Shown: positions 13,646 to 25,584 of the stretch, piece by piece
Layout of the letters: the number at the start of each line of letters is the position of its first letter
Position numbering within the stretch: the first letter of the stretch is position 1
Origin: Octopus bimaculoides
Lineage: Eukaryota
Direction: 5' to 3'
Assembly: GCF_001194135.2 (NCBI RefSeq)
Contig: NC_068981.1
Coordinates: forward strand, 125,540,626-125,604,625
DNA: 64,000 bases
Position numbers and translations under genes: made by a program
Notes under the pieces: model-generated
Databases searched by the model: none
What the model was told of the DNA's origin: nothing
Seen by the model: the letters and a program-made list of their open reading frames with translations, nothing else

Positions 13646-14369
13646 TTATCAGTTTTTTTCATTTGCAACTCTGTGAATATAAGAATTTTTGCTATTAACG
13701 GGCAAATCATAAAAGATTGGGTCTTTTGATTCACTTCTGCCATATTCAAGGTATAAATTGAGAATCATTTATCAAAAATGCTTGGCAATTTTTTTAGGTG
13801 GGGGAGGTGGATTTTGCATCTACAAAATGTTATATATAATGTTTTCCTAAATTTTATAAACCTTTGTTCATCATTTTAACACTTTTGTTCCTACATTTCT
13901 TTTGAAATACACTGCTTTTGCTTCAATTAATCTTTAAAAAATAAACTTTGTCATTATCAAGCTGGTGTTTGAAACATAAATTACCTCAACATGAAATGTT
14001 GATGGAAGATTTTAAATTAGATCACCTTAAAATAGAGCTTATATGATAGAACCAGGAACAGTTTCAGGCAGGTTAATCATAGAACCAGTTCATCGTCCCA
14101 TGTTTTAAGATTCTATCTACTCACAGTTCCAACACTCCCAGTTTCATACTAAACCATTGTGAACTTTCCCAACAACTCGACTTTTTGTGGTATCAATAAA
14201 CACAAATGCTTCTACATTTTTTTCTCACTTTTACCTTAGTAATATCTACAGGACTTTCTGATATGCACAATGGTGTTGCTATAAAAGCTTCATACATTAC
14301 TTCATTTAATATGCATTACTCAATGTTAGTGCAGGTTGAATGAAGAATTATTTTAGACAATATACCCAC

Positions 14370-14442
14370 CTTGTTTCCAAATCTCATCCACTTTTCAAGT
14401 AAGGGATGTTTTATTCCTCTGGTCATTGAAAGTGCAGAGTGA
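14370..14442 (-). CDS. candidate internal exon xHSALSMTRGIKHPLLEKWMRFGNK (phase 2 to 0)
   Basis: Acceptor ttcttgttacattatggccag, donor AAG|gtgggt, open frame; an in-frame ATG at 14450 is an alternative start. Confidence 0.42.
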
Positions 14443-14539
14443 CTGGCCATAATGTAACAAGAATATAAACATCATATCATCTTTCTACTCAGATAGTGAC
14501 AAAGCCATAGAACGTCAACATGAGTGCACATATGCACAC

Positions 14540-14715
14540 ACACACACACACGTACAATGGGCTTCAGTACAGTTTCTGTCCACTAATTCCACTCACAAAG
14601 CATTGGTTACCCTAGAGAAATAGTAGAAGACATGTATCCAAGATGTTGCACAGTGAGATTGAACAAGAAACCACACAGTTGAAATTGAAAAATGAACTTC
14701 TTAACCACATATCCA
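14540..14715 (-). mobile_element. SINE family A, 5' half
   Basis: Degenerate reverse-complement match to the family A head and core. Confidence 0.75.
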
Positions 14716-14734
14716 ATATATTACTTCATTACTA

Positions 14735-15000
14735 GGTGCACAAGGATGGCATAGCCGGTGCCGGTGTTTTACAGTGAGAATGGTGCCACTGCGACAAGTA
14801 GGCAAGGGCTCAGCAGTGCACGAGGCCGACAGGGGGTCGAATCGAAGGGCGACTGACTGGAAGAAGCCGACAGGCCCCCTACACCTGTCATCGGACTCTC
14901 TCTCGGCAATAAACTGGTGGCAACTTAATAGGTTAGGCAAGCACAACCCAGGACAGGTACATCACTCCTAACAGCTTATGGCTAGATAAATGGTCTGCAA
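14735..15000. other. GC- and CpG-rich unclassified insert, probably a young TE fragment
   Basis: Abrupt compositional island (gccggtgccgg, cacgaggccgacagggggtcgaatcg) in CpG-depleted surroundings. Confidence 0.5.
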
Positions 15001-16166
15001 TAGTTATACATCACCTAGGAACTGTCTAATCATTTACTGAATTTTCAAACAGAGGTAGCTTTCTAATTTAAAAAAAAACTTTTGAATTTTGGAGGGTTTT
15101 GGATTTCAGAATTTTGATTTAAGGATTAGGCACATCTCATAAGGTCTGTCAATTCTCCACCTAGGACTAATGAAGTACAAAAAGAGTTTGGAGAGGGTTT
15201 ATGCTAAAATATGAAAATGACACTGTGAGTGTAAGGCTTTGGCTAACTAAACTGACCATATTGTGAAAAGTAGTACAGTCAATTATATCTACTCTGTTAC
15301 TTTATTAGTAATTATTTTACTGAACAAAATGCCAAGCTGAGTTCAGCAGGATTTGAACTCAGAATGTAAAGCAATATAGCTAAATACTGCAGCACATTTT
15401 GTTTGATGCCCTACAAATTCTGACAACCATCACCTTTACAAGTATATTAAAATTACCATAACTTAACATTGTATCTTTTAAAACAAAATGACATCTAAAC
15501 ATACTTTTGTGCATATGTGTATATATATTATTGGATGACAAAAGAACAGGAATTATTGTAATCAAAATATTTCATTCAAAAAATATTATTTCATCTAATG
15601 TGCACATCATAGAAATCATCTTCAATTAATGTGCCAAGAAAGAGTCATATTGTCAAAATATTGCATTCAAAGCAATAACATTTCATCTAAAAGTACATCA
15701 GTTTTTAATATGAAACACATGGAGATTCTGCCATGTACATATAAATAATTCATGTATGAATATTGTATTTTACTTCATTTTCTCATTATATTATATCTCT
15801 ATCTTGTGATATTTTCCCTAGTGTCTTTTGTGGCAAAGAAAGAAAAACTGTAAATAAAAAAAAAGAGAATTGATTTCTACTGCTATCATTAAATCAACAC
15901 TTGTATGAGGCTGTTACTTATTTATCAACATTGAAAAGATGAAAGCACTTAAAAAATCTAACTAAAATATCACAAGGAAATTTCTTCAACACTCTTCCTA
16001 TTCTGCCTTTCACTGTCCCAATAGAGATAAAATCATTAGTTTCTAATACTGAAACCTAATCAGTGAAAAAAGATATTTTAATAATAATTTTTGTTTTTAT
16101 TATACATAAGGCCAAAGTAAGTTGTGAAGAAGCATGATTGCTCAAAACAATTATATTTTCCCTTAC

Positions 16167-16199
16167 TCAAAATCATCTCAAGCAAAACATAGGCCACTT
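16167..16199 (-). CDS. candidate 33-nt micro-exon xVAYVLLEMIL (phase 1 to 1)
   Basis: Strong acceptor tcctttttcccaaactttttgtgtag, donor TGA|gtaagg, single open frame. Confidence 0.4.
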
Positions 16200-17097
16200 C
16201 TACACAAAAAGTTTGGGAAAAAGGATAAGTGGCATTAATACTAAAACTTCTCTCTATATATACATGCATATTTAAAATACTAAAGGTAGCAATAAGGTAA
16301 CTGACGAAAGATTTAAATGAAATATGATAAAATGGTGGTAACAAAACTGATTAATAAAATATAGTAACTGAGATGGCAATAAAGGAGCAAATAAAACGAA
16401 ATGGTAAAGAAACAAAGGCAAACATTATGATGAAGGAAACTGCCAGTATTAGGCAGGATACTTGTTAACACTGAATTTGAAGAGATTAAAAACATATTCT
16501 GCGGGAAAACAATAGACAGAGGGTTTATATTACAACTGAGCCATTCTAAGGTAAAATGCTTTTTGTATGAAACTTGTAGCAGGTACAGAAAAGGAATAAC
16601 TATCAAAATAGAAAGAAGTTCAAGAATTTCATGATAGTGCTAGAAAGATTCTAGGCTGGTCATGGAAGCAGTAAATATACTAAGTCATTTGTTTCTCCAT
16701 TACGTTATATCAGTTAGGCCTCTGGAAAGACCTGCTGATAAATCTAAGTACTTAATATTCTTAGAGGTGAGATTGTAAAGTGTCAAATCATCAGCAATAT
16801 GTCAATAAAGGATGTTATTGTTTTGTCAGATAAATCATTGATAAACAGCAGGAAGAGTGTGGTTCCTAAAACAAATTGATATCATAAATATCAGACTGAC
16901 AAGTGACGGCAACTTTCAGACTTTTTCCCATGAGGAAGGATTTAACGGCAAAAAAGAGTCTACAAAATATGCCATGCGTCTATGCCCATACCTTCTTATA
17001 TACTTTGAAAATAACATGAGCATCATCTATGATGATAACAACGAGTATATCAGCAATGACAAGGAAAACCAAGGAAATAAGCTTCATTTAAGTGAGT

Positions 17098-17899
17098 AAT
17101 AACATGCTTGGGATCTTTTTGGTTTGACGGGCAACACTTGTTTTCTTAACGAAACACTTTCAAACTTGGGATACTGGTAGAATGTGTCATATAAAACATC
17201 TTTTTCTCTTAGCCTTCTTAACAAAAATTAGTTCTTAATAAGTTATTTCATGTTAAAGTTGTCGTATTTCTGTAATTTCAACCAATCATTGATGTCTATT
17301 CAGCTGAATACAGTTACTGCTCTTNNNNNNNNNNNNNNNNNNNNNNNNNNNNNNNNNNNNNNNNNNNNNNNNNNNNNNNNNNNNNNNNNNNNNNNNNNNN
17401 NNNNNNNNNNNNNNNNNNNNNNNNNNNNNNNNNNNNNNNNNNNNNNNNNNNNNNNNNNNNNNNNNNNNNNNNNNNNNNNNNNNNNNNNNNNNNNNNNNNN
17501 NNNNNNNNNNNNNNNNNNNNNNNNNNNNNNNNNNNNNNNNNNNNNNNNNNNNNNNNNNNNNNNNNNNNNNNNNNNNNNNNNNNNNNNNNNNNNNNNNNNN
17601 NNNNNNNNNNNNNNNNNNNNNNNNNNNNNNNNNNNNNNNNNNNNNNNNNNNNNNNNNNNNNNNNACATTCCACGCCATTAATTGTTTTCACCTCAATAGA
17701 CGTCAGTGATTGGTTGAAATTACCGAAATACGACAACTTTTTACATGAAATAACTTCGAATACAAAAATTTTTATCTGTTCTATAATACAAAATATACAA
17801 GTATACGAAGTTTGAAAGTGCTTCGGTACCAAAAACACTACATAAAACATTAATGAAAAATGTTGCCCGTCAAACCAAAAAGATCCCATGCTTGTTATT
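17098..17899. mobile_element. non-autonomous DNA element with long imperfect TIRs (centre in N-gap)
   Basis: aataacatgcttgggatctttttggtttgacgggcaaca is mirrored by tgttgcccgtcaaaccaaaaagatcccatgcttgttatt; a second inverted block of about 55 nt flanks the gap. Confidence 0.85.
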
Positions 17900-18037
17900 G
17901 ATAGAGTCAAGCAGCTTGGTTCTGATGTTCAATAGGCTATTTGGCCTATATTAAGATGGAGAGGAATGGTGATCAAGGTTCATAAGAAGTGGGTAAACTA
18001 CAGACTTCTTATATGAGTTACAAAAGCACTTCTTGAG

Positions 18038-18432
18038 ACATGGCTGTGTGGTAAGAAGCTTGCTTCCCAACCACATGATTGTGGGTTCAGTCCCACTGCG
18101 TGGCACCTTGGGCAAGTGTCTTTTACTATAGCTTTGGGCTAATCAAAGCCTTGTGAGTGAGTTTGGTAGACAGAAACTGAAAAGAAGCCTGTTGTATATA
18201 TATGTGTGTGCGTGTGTGTGTGTGTGTGTATGTGTATCTGTGTCTGTGTCTGTCCCCGCTATCACTGCTTGACAACTGGGGTTGGTGTGTTTATGTCCCC
18301 ATAACTTAGCCAAAGAGCCTGATAGAATAAGTATCAGGCTTTAAAAATAAAGTCCTGGGGTTTGATTTGTTCGACTAAAAAGGTGGTGCTCCAGCATGGC
18401 CACAGTCACATGACTGAAACAAATAAAAGAAC
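18038..18432 (+). mobile_element. SINE family A
   Basis: Full-length match. Confidence 0.92.
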
Positions 18433-19099
18433 TGTTAGTCCAAAGCCATAAATAAAGCAGTTAGTACAATTGGGAAAGTCTGGTAAAGAATGGTTATTCA
18501 TCTAGTGAGGAATTTGATGCAAAGTTCTGGTACGGCTTTGTCTGAGGAGTATAAGTTACATCAAACACATTGATGACTGCAGAAATAGATTTGCTCTGAT
18601 TAAGTATCTTATTGGCTATTCCCCACAATTCACATGAACCAAGCTTCTTGCTCAATCCTCATTGGAACATCTTCAGTATAGCAAATCTTGGCATTCTTTA
18701 ACACTCTTTGGCATTGGTTACAGCTATTGTGAAAAGCTGCGAAATTTGTACCACATCCATTTTGGTGGCATAGATGACAATAATGGTTATGATGAGCTAA
18801 AACAATATTATATTCAAGAATAAATCAAGACTGAGTGTTAAGATCTTTTTTTTTTTGGCGGGGGGGGGGTCATGTGGGACAAACGTTGGTTCTAGGATTT
18901 CATCAACAATCAGATATTTAAAGATTCAATTTCTGATATTCTAGGTCTGAAAAAAATCAGATTCAGGAGCTAGAAAAGAATGGCAACCTTCACAATCTAC
19001 CTACATTAGTGACATTTATTTCACCTATACCGAAAGAATGAAACACTTAAGTTGTTGACTGCTAATTCTGCTAAATGACTGTAAAATGAACTAATGAAA

Positions 19100-19300
19100 G
19101 AGCTTCCACATGTTCGATCGATCGACCTTCCAGAAATAGCAGCCAAATTTCCCTCAACATCTAACATCTTAAAAAGAGCACGCTGGATAATGTAGTGTTC
19201 GATACAATGTCTGAGAAAATAAAAGAAGGTGTCAAGGATGTAATGGCTTTGATCGTAACACATCTGCTTGATCGAAGCTGACCTTATGGAGCAATTTGCT
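19100..19300 (+). mobile_element. SINE-like repeat family G
   Basis: Match to family G, with CpGs retained (gttcgatcgatcgacc). Confidence 0.8.
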
Positions 19301-19478
19301 AAAAAAAAAAATGTAAGCGAAAAAGCAGGTGGTGACAAAGTTGTGGAAAGTGAAAAAGATTAAAAGGGAAAGAAAAATAGTTTCTTATTAAGAATAAAAA
19401 GTTGAGAATGGTACAACAATGCACTATAAAACAAAAAATGAACTATATTACCTGTTGTAATTTGGTTATTTATAGTCC

Positions 19479-19514
19479 GATGATATTTCGGAATTACAAT
19501 TCCTTCTTCAGATC
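19479..19514 (-). ncRNA. minimal type-I hammerhead-ribozyme-like motif
   Basis: GAU-CUGAAGA-A-GGAAUU gu AAUUCC-GAAA-UA-UC/AUC: intact core, 6-bp stem II, palindromic AUAU stem III, 3-bp stem I. Confidence 0.65.
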
Positions 19515-19568
19515 TTCTTAGCTGGAGTCTCTTGGAAAACAGTTTATAGCAGAGACTCCAGCTAAGAA

Positions 19569-19604
19569 GATCTGAAGAAGGAATTGTAATTCCGAAATAT
19601 CATT
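19569..19604 (+). ncRNA. minimal type-I hammerhead-ribozyme-like motif
   Basis: Same motif as 19479-19514, with stem I GAU/AUU (one G-U pair); predicted cleavage after C19601. Confidence 0.62.
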
Positions 19605-21073
19605 GGACTATAGATAACCAAATTACAACAGGTATATAGTCTATTTTTTTGTTTTATAGTGCATTGTTGTACCATTCTAAACTTTTTATTCTTTACAAAC
19701 AATACACAATACTTCAAGCGAACTACAATAAGAAACTCTCCTAGTTTCTTATTGATAGACCTCGGATTTACCGCATCAGAGAACTGAAATCATGGTAGGG
19801 TTCATGCTTTTAATGACTAATAATATTTAAGTAGATTCAAGTTATAGATATAAAAATAAATAAAAAGAAGGGAAATTAAACTTCTCCCAGCTCCAATTCT
19901 AAGTAATTGACTTAGGTGATTAATTTTTCTTTTAATTTACGAAGGTAATAATAAACTGATGATAAAGATTTTATGCAACAGGAAATTTGATTACGAAAGA
20001 ATGACAGCTATAAATGAAAACTGAATACACGTTTTTGCACAGCAACAAGCCAACGAACCATCTACTAGAAATACCAGCTAAATAGCTATCAAATTACGTT
20101 CTGAATTTTTTTTTAAAAAAAAAAGGAGCACATAACACAATATGATCTTTGGCATATAACATTTGAAAAATGATGGGATGATCAAGTCTAGCAGGTCTTT
20201 TGTGATGCAACTGACTTGGGGTTTAACAACACAGCCAACATATGTACACAAAATCAGACACGCTCACAATAAACACATACATAGTTTCTTCAACAACAAT
20301 AAACACGAACTATGGAGAGCATAAGATACGGCTAGAATATATCAAATGAGTAGATAGGTATGATTGCAGCAGGTCACATCAGAAAAAAAAAAAGAGAAAA
20401 GAAAACTGCAAACTTATATGGTAAGAATGCAAACTGAGACCCGCTTGTGTTATATGACGATGATTGCGGTGGTTGTTATTCGCCTCAGTTTTAGCAAGTA
20501 CTAATATGCACTAATGAAGGTCTGACCACAACCTACTAACTAGTCCAGTCCCGTGTATAAAGCAGATATCCTCCACAGAAATTCTTAAATGACAAGGAGT
20601 TTGTAGTTGCAGTTTTGCGTCGGGTCAGCCCTGATCCAACATGTGTGTGTTGTATATAACTACTGGTGGCTTATGTTTGCTTTATTCGAAGATGGTTTTG
20701 CTTCCTCAATCTAGCAGGTTGGCCTAGTTAGTGACTACATTTATAGGGGTTGTGCAACTATACGGGCACACCCGTGTATGTTGTCAACTACATAATTTCG
20801 AATTATGCTTTAACAAGTTTTTTTTTCTTCTTTTTTACTTTTAATCAGAAGTAAAAAAAAAAAAATTAGTAAGTTCATGACATTCATACATTTCAAAAAG
20901 AAGCTATTAACCAAGAAAGCAGTTTCAGTTGCAAGTCAAAATTAACTTTTGGTGTTCGTGCTTTAGGAAGTATAGTATATCAAGTTATCACGCAAACAGC
21001 AATATTTCTTGAGAAATGTTCAATATCACCATCGTATATAAGACAGCTGACAACTAACCGACTTACTGGTTAC

Positions 21074-21176
21074 CCCTCCAAACTGTTTATATGTGTGTGA
21101 GAGAGAGAGAGGAGAGGAGAAAGAAAGAGAGTGTATGTGCGTGAACGAGAGAGTATATTTGCAAATGGGTGTTTTA

Positions 21177-21207
<31 letters not shown>

Positions 21208-21263
21208 TTGTTTATATATACATATACATATTTGTTTATATATGCATATATATATTTGTTTAT

Positions 21264-21326
<63 letters not shown>

Positions 21327-21437
21327 AATGCTATACGTGTTATACATAGAAACTATATACATATACATATATAAACGAAGGATACATATATAAACAATAT
21401 ATACAAATACACACACGCTCTCTCTCTCCCTCCCTCC

Positions 21438-21476
<39 letters not shown>

Positions 21477-21640
21477 AAATTGTTCTGGTATATCGTTTGG
21501 CGTTTAATTTTCTCTAATGTACATCTTTATGACTAAAGAATAATCGCATTGCAGAGGGTGTGTGCCTATATATAGAGAGAGAGTAAANNNNNNNNNNCAG
21601 AATGTGTGTGCCTATATATAGAGAGAGAGTAAAAAAGAGA
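21074..21640. repeat. microsatellite cluster (GA)n/(GT)n/(TA)n/(CT)n/(CA)n
   Basis: Directly visible. Confidence 0.95.
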
Positions 21641-21754
21641 GACAGAGACGGGCAGAAACAAGGAAAATGCCTCTTGTATTTAAATACTATGCAAATATTC
21701 TTTTAAAATACTTTTCATCTAATTTTTCCAAAATTTAATTGTTTTCCATACTTA

Positions 21755-21790
21755 CAGTTGAAAAAGTTTCAATGGCCGAAACCGGTACTG
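21755..21790 (+). ncRNA. variant minimal hammerhead-like motif (U3-A8 core)
   Basis: CAG-UUGAAAA-AGUU ucaau GGCC-GAAA-CCGG-UA/CUG; palindromic ACCGGU stem III, 3-bp stem I, A-C mismatch at the base of stem II. Confidence 0.45.
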
Positions 21791-21842
21791 AAATGTTTTT
21801 TTTATAAAATTATTTCAGCATTTTCTACCTTGACTTTTTTCC

Positions 21843-21879
<37 letters not shown>

Positions 21880-22264
21880 TACATACATATACGTATGCAT
21901 GTCCTATCTCATTCTTTCTCTGATGGAATAGACTGCCACAATAACGTAGGCTACCGATTGATTGTATAGAAATACACTACCTGCACATCTATTCGTGAAA
22001 CAGCTGTAAGAGACTATCTATCTGTATACCTTCTTCTCATCTAGCTTTGGATTTTACCTACAATATCCAGTTTCACATAATGTCAATAATTTGGTCTTAC
22101 CGTATTCCAGAGGAATACTAGCATATACCATAACCATTATAAACATTCCTCAACTGATCTTGTAGTCTAATCTTTCGCAACGTTCAATATAAATGTCATG
22201 ATTTGACTTGATACCAGCTGTTTACTTGTTTTATCTTTATTGTGGGGAAGGGGGTTGTATCGAT

Positions 22265-22415
22265 GTATGGGTGGATAGACGGATGGGCGCAAGCTTAGTT
22301 GTATGGCAAAAGCTTGTTTCTCAACCATGCTGTCTCGGGTTCAGTCCCACCGCGCGACACCTTGGGCAAGTGTCTTCTACTATAGTGCTGGGCCGATCAA
22401 CTGATCAAACAGACT
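22265..22415 (+). mobile_element. SINE family A, 5' part, diverged but CpG-retaining
   Basis: ggcgcaagc...cccaccgcgcgacaccttgggcaagtgtcttctactatag. Confidence 0.85.
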
Positions 22416-22854
22416 CAAAAGAAGTTAGTGTTGATCTGTGTTGGCAAACAAGTCGGCTCGTGTGAAGTTTTCAAAATTCCTCTCCACACCCTCGGAAAAA
22501 TTTTTCCACGACAAATTCTGGTATAATCGTAATCTACACCATCTGAAACATATTTGTAGAACATTTCATTTAAAAATATCCATTTTTCTAAAAGTTATGA
22601 GGAAACAAAGCCGGTAGAGGGGGACACACTTGTGTAGGTATGTCGCAATCATACACACACATATATATTCTTTTTTGGAACGGTGGAACACAAAGCAGAT
22701 AAAGCTATAAATAATAACGTGTAAATATTGGGTTAAAAACCCTTTGCATATAAAAAAAAATGTCGAAGGCTACTCGCGGAATGTCAACAAATATATATCT
22801 TTAAAAATGCATATATATTGTGGGGTGGGGGGCGCACACTTCGAAGGACGAGAA

Positions 22855-22975
22855 GAAATATCTGACTTGGAAACATGAAAGGGTTGGTCGACAGGAAGAG
22901 TATCCGGCCGAAGAAAATCGAGCTCAACCTATGACCGATGCAAGCATGGAAAAATGAATATTGAAAAGATGATGT
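22855..22975 (+). mobile_element. SINE family E, 3' part
   Basis: ggaaacatgaaagggttggtcgacaggaagagtatccggccg...gcaagcatggaaaa...gatgatg; minus-strand homologue at 47295-47430. Confidence 0.7.
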
Positions 22976-23499
22976 ATGTCTGTCTTTATGTATGTACGTA
23001 TAAGCAAATGTGTTGTATGTGGGTGTGTATGTACAACACAGAAAATTGTTTAAAAAACTATATAGAAGTACCGATATGTTTTCTGTTACAAGCAGCTTTA
23101 ACCTATTACGGACTACATGTGTTAGCCACGGGTAAACACTGTTTAAGCAAGCCTATGTTCAACCTTGATAATCCCGTCTAGTTTATGGTGGAAAATCTTG
23201 TTTAACATATATTTATTTATGATGTAGGGTGTGAATGGAAGGAGATTTCTTTGCTATTTCTAGCCGGTGAGGCAACATACATTTTCTTCATTAGGACTAG
23301 TATAGTCGGATTGGTAAGTTTTTAGCTAAGGGAATTTTAATCTACACTCGGTTTAAGTTAGGTTGAAAACTGTCACAGCTTCTCATAATTCGTACGCAAT
23401 CTACATCCAAAAAAAAAAAACAGGAGGTAAAAAAAATTCCGACCCAATCCCAATAATGCAAAAAATAATTAAATTACTTATCATTAATATTATAAAATA

Positions 23500-24130
23500 A
23501 TTATGCTTATCATGAATGAATATTTTTTGAAAGTGGGCGGGAAAGAAATGTTTTTTTTTTAATTTTCTATAATCAACACATACGAGATGTAGAGGGAAGT
23601 AGCAGTAGTATTTAACAAAGCCTGATATTTCATAATTAAAATAAAATAAAAAGATATCTCTTTATTTCGTGTACGGGTTGGTAAGCTCTTTTTGTTAATA
23701 GTGTTAATTATCTACGACAATCTGTCTGCTGCTATTCCGAACGAAAACAATTAAACATTCTCTCACTACTCTCAGCGTGCCTACATACGCATGTCTATAC
23801 GTATGTTTATACACACGCAACACAAATACACGCTGCTTCCACCACCGTCAAAGCAAGTGTCAGTCTCCAGAACCTTTCATAGAGATGTATAAATAAACAG
23901 CATTTTATTTTAACCTGAAACTATTTTTAAAGATTTAGCGATAGCTTGAAAGATGAGCAACATCCCTACCTTTATAGCCACGTATATCCTATTTTGTAAG
24001 AACATGAAGAAAATAACAGCAGAAACTTTAGAGCAGTGTAATCAGAAAGAGCTTCCGGTATCCAAGGAGCTGAAAGTTAATGGTTTTGATTGGCAAATAA
24101 TACTTACGGAAGACGAAAAGTGTAGTAAAA
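23500..24130. promoter_or_regulatory. putative (bidirectional) promoter region
   Basis: GC box gggcgg at 23535-23540, ETS-like cttccgg at 24052-24058 and cggaag at 24107-24112, inverted CCAAT gattggc at 24088-24094, all within a CpG-retaining domain. The motifs are short and could occur by chance. Confidence 0.35.
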
Positions 24131-25584
24131 TATAGTTGATAAAATATATTAATTTCTTATTTATTTCATATACATATGCTTAAAGAAACATTATTGTTTG
24201 TCAACAATGTATTTCTTAGATGGAATTAAAATTGCATTTATCGTGTCTTTGGCGTATGCAGCCAAATAAAGCTCCTTAGTAATATAGACAAAAAAATTAC
24301 TTTATCATCACTAAATGATGAAGGCTGTTTCCATTAATATATATATTTGGTAACTCACTTTGACACAACTCATGCACAGTTATTGCCACCGATTATAATA
24401 CAGAATTGTGTTTTCTATTTTTAAAAAATAATAACGACACTCAAATGCTTGCTCATACAGAATGTTCAATATAGTTAACAGTTTGAGGCCTGTTCATAAA
24501 TTTTGGTATTCATTTTATTTCATTGTTATTCTGCTTACATACCAGAGTATGATTTCACAGAAACAATGTTTCATCCTTCTATATTCTGAGTCAAAATGTT
24601 ATCAAATTTAACTTTGTTTCATGTGTCAATGAAAAATGTACTGGAGTTGATTACAGCACGGAATTTACTTAGAGCCATTAACTTTTTCCTCATTTTTGTT
24701 GTGTTTTGTTAGATCAGCCCTGAAAGACGTATGACCAGTCATTCTACCTGTGACCATCACTGTCCTTATATATATATATTTTTTTTTTTAGTACATATAA
24801 GATTACAATGACCTGTGTGTAATTTCCTTTTTTCAGATAGTAGGGAAATAGGGTGTGATTTGAAAGAGAGTTGGCTGCTATTTTATCATTTAGAGTAGGG
24901 TTTCTCAAGCTGAGTTATGCATACTTGTAGGGTTACACAAAAAAATTACATGGCTGTGTAAGTTTTACAGCAATGTTTATAATCAAAAGCAAATTTTGTT
25001 CAACATTGTCAAATGTGAATAATATGTGAATATGACTCTCTGAAATTGTACTTGGAATTGAGTTACTTGTTAGAAAGAGCTTAACTTATCCAGCTCATTG
25101 AAAATGTAACATTAAATTTAATGAATTTTGTTTGTTACATAGGTACAAGGTTAAAAATTTAGGAAGGGGTAACAGTCAATTATATCAACTAGTGTACTTA
25201 ACTGATACTTAATTTTATCAACCCTAGAAGGATGGACGGCAAAGTTGACCGCTGTGGGATTTATAACAAATAATATATGTCAGGTATCTTTTTTATGGTA
25301 TTCCAACCATTTTACACTATATTCTTCACATAGAGTATGCCAACACTGCTGTGTATGACAGTATAGCAGAAGAAAAATAATTGAAAACCACTGATACAGA
25401 GTGTCTTGTGTATTTATAGCTGTTATTATGTAACTCAAACTCAATCCAAATCAAACGGATTAATGATGAAAGGTGGTTCAGCTGTGAACATCCAGATGTT
25501 TTAGCAAATTTTTAACTTTACAAAAAAAGAAAGAGAGATCTACATATTAACTTAGTTGTTGGAGTAAACAAGTCAACTTTTATA

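Larger units (their letters stand above)
19390..19693. mobile_element. near-perfect inverted repeat (arms about 143 nt, 18-nt spacer); inferred inverted Penelope-like terminal repeats
   Basis: 19390-19532 is the reverse complement of 19551-19693 with few mismatches; each arm holds a hammerhead-like motif followed by a T-rich tail. Confidence 0.8.

Noticed and set aside
16300-16850. Possible decayed RT (GIRQ-like string at about 16445)
   Set aside because: Only one short motif; the flanking RT motifs could not be placed in order.
21553-21632. Direct repeat tgtgtgcctatatatagagagagagtaa on both sides of a 10-N gap
   Set aside because: Most likely unmerged contig overlap (assembly artefact).
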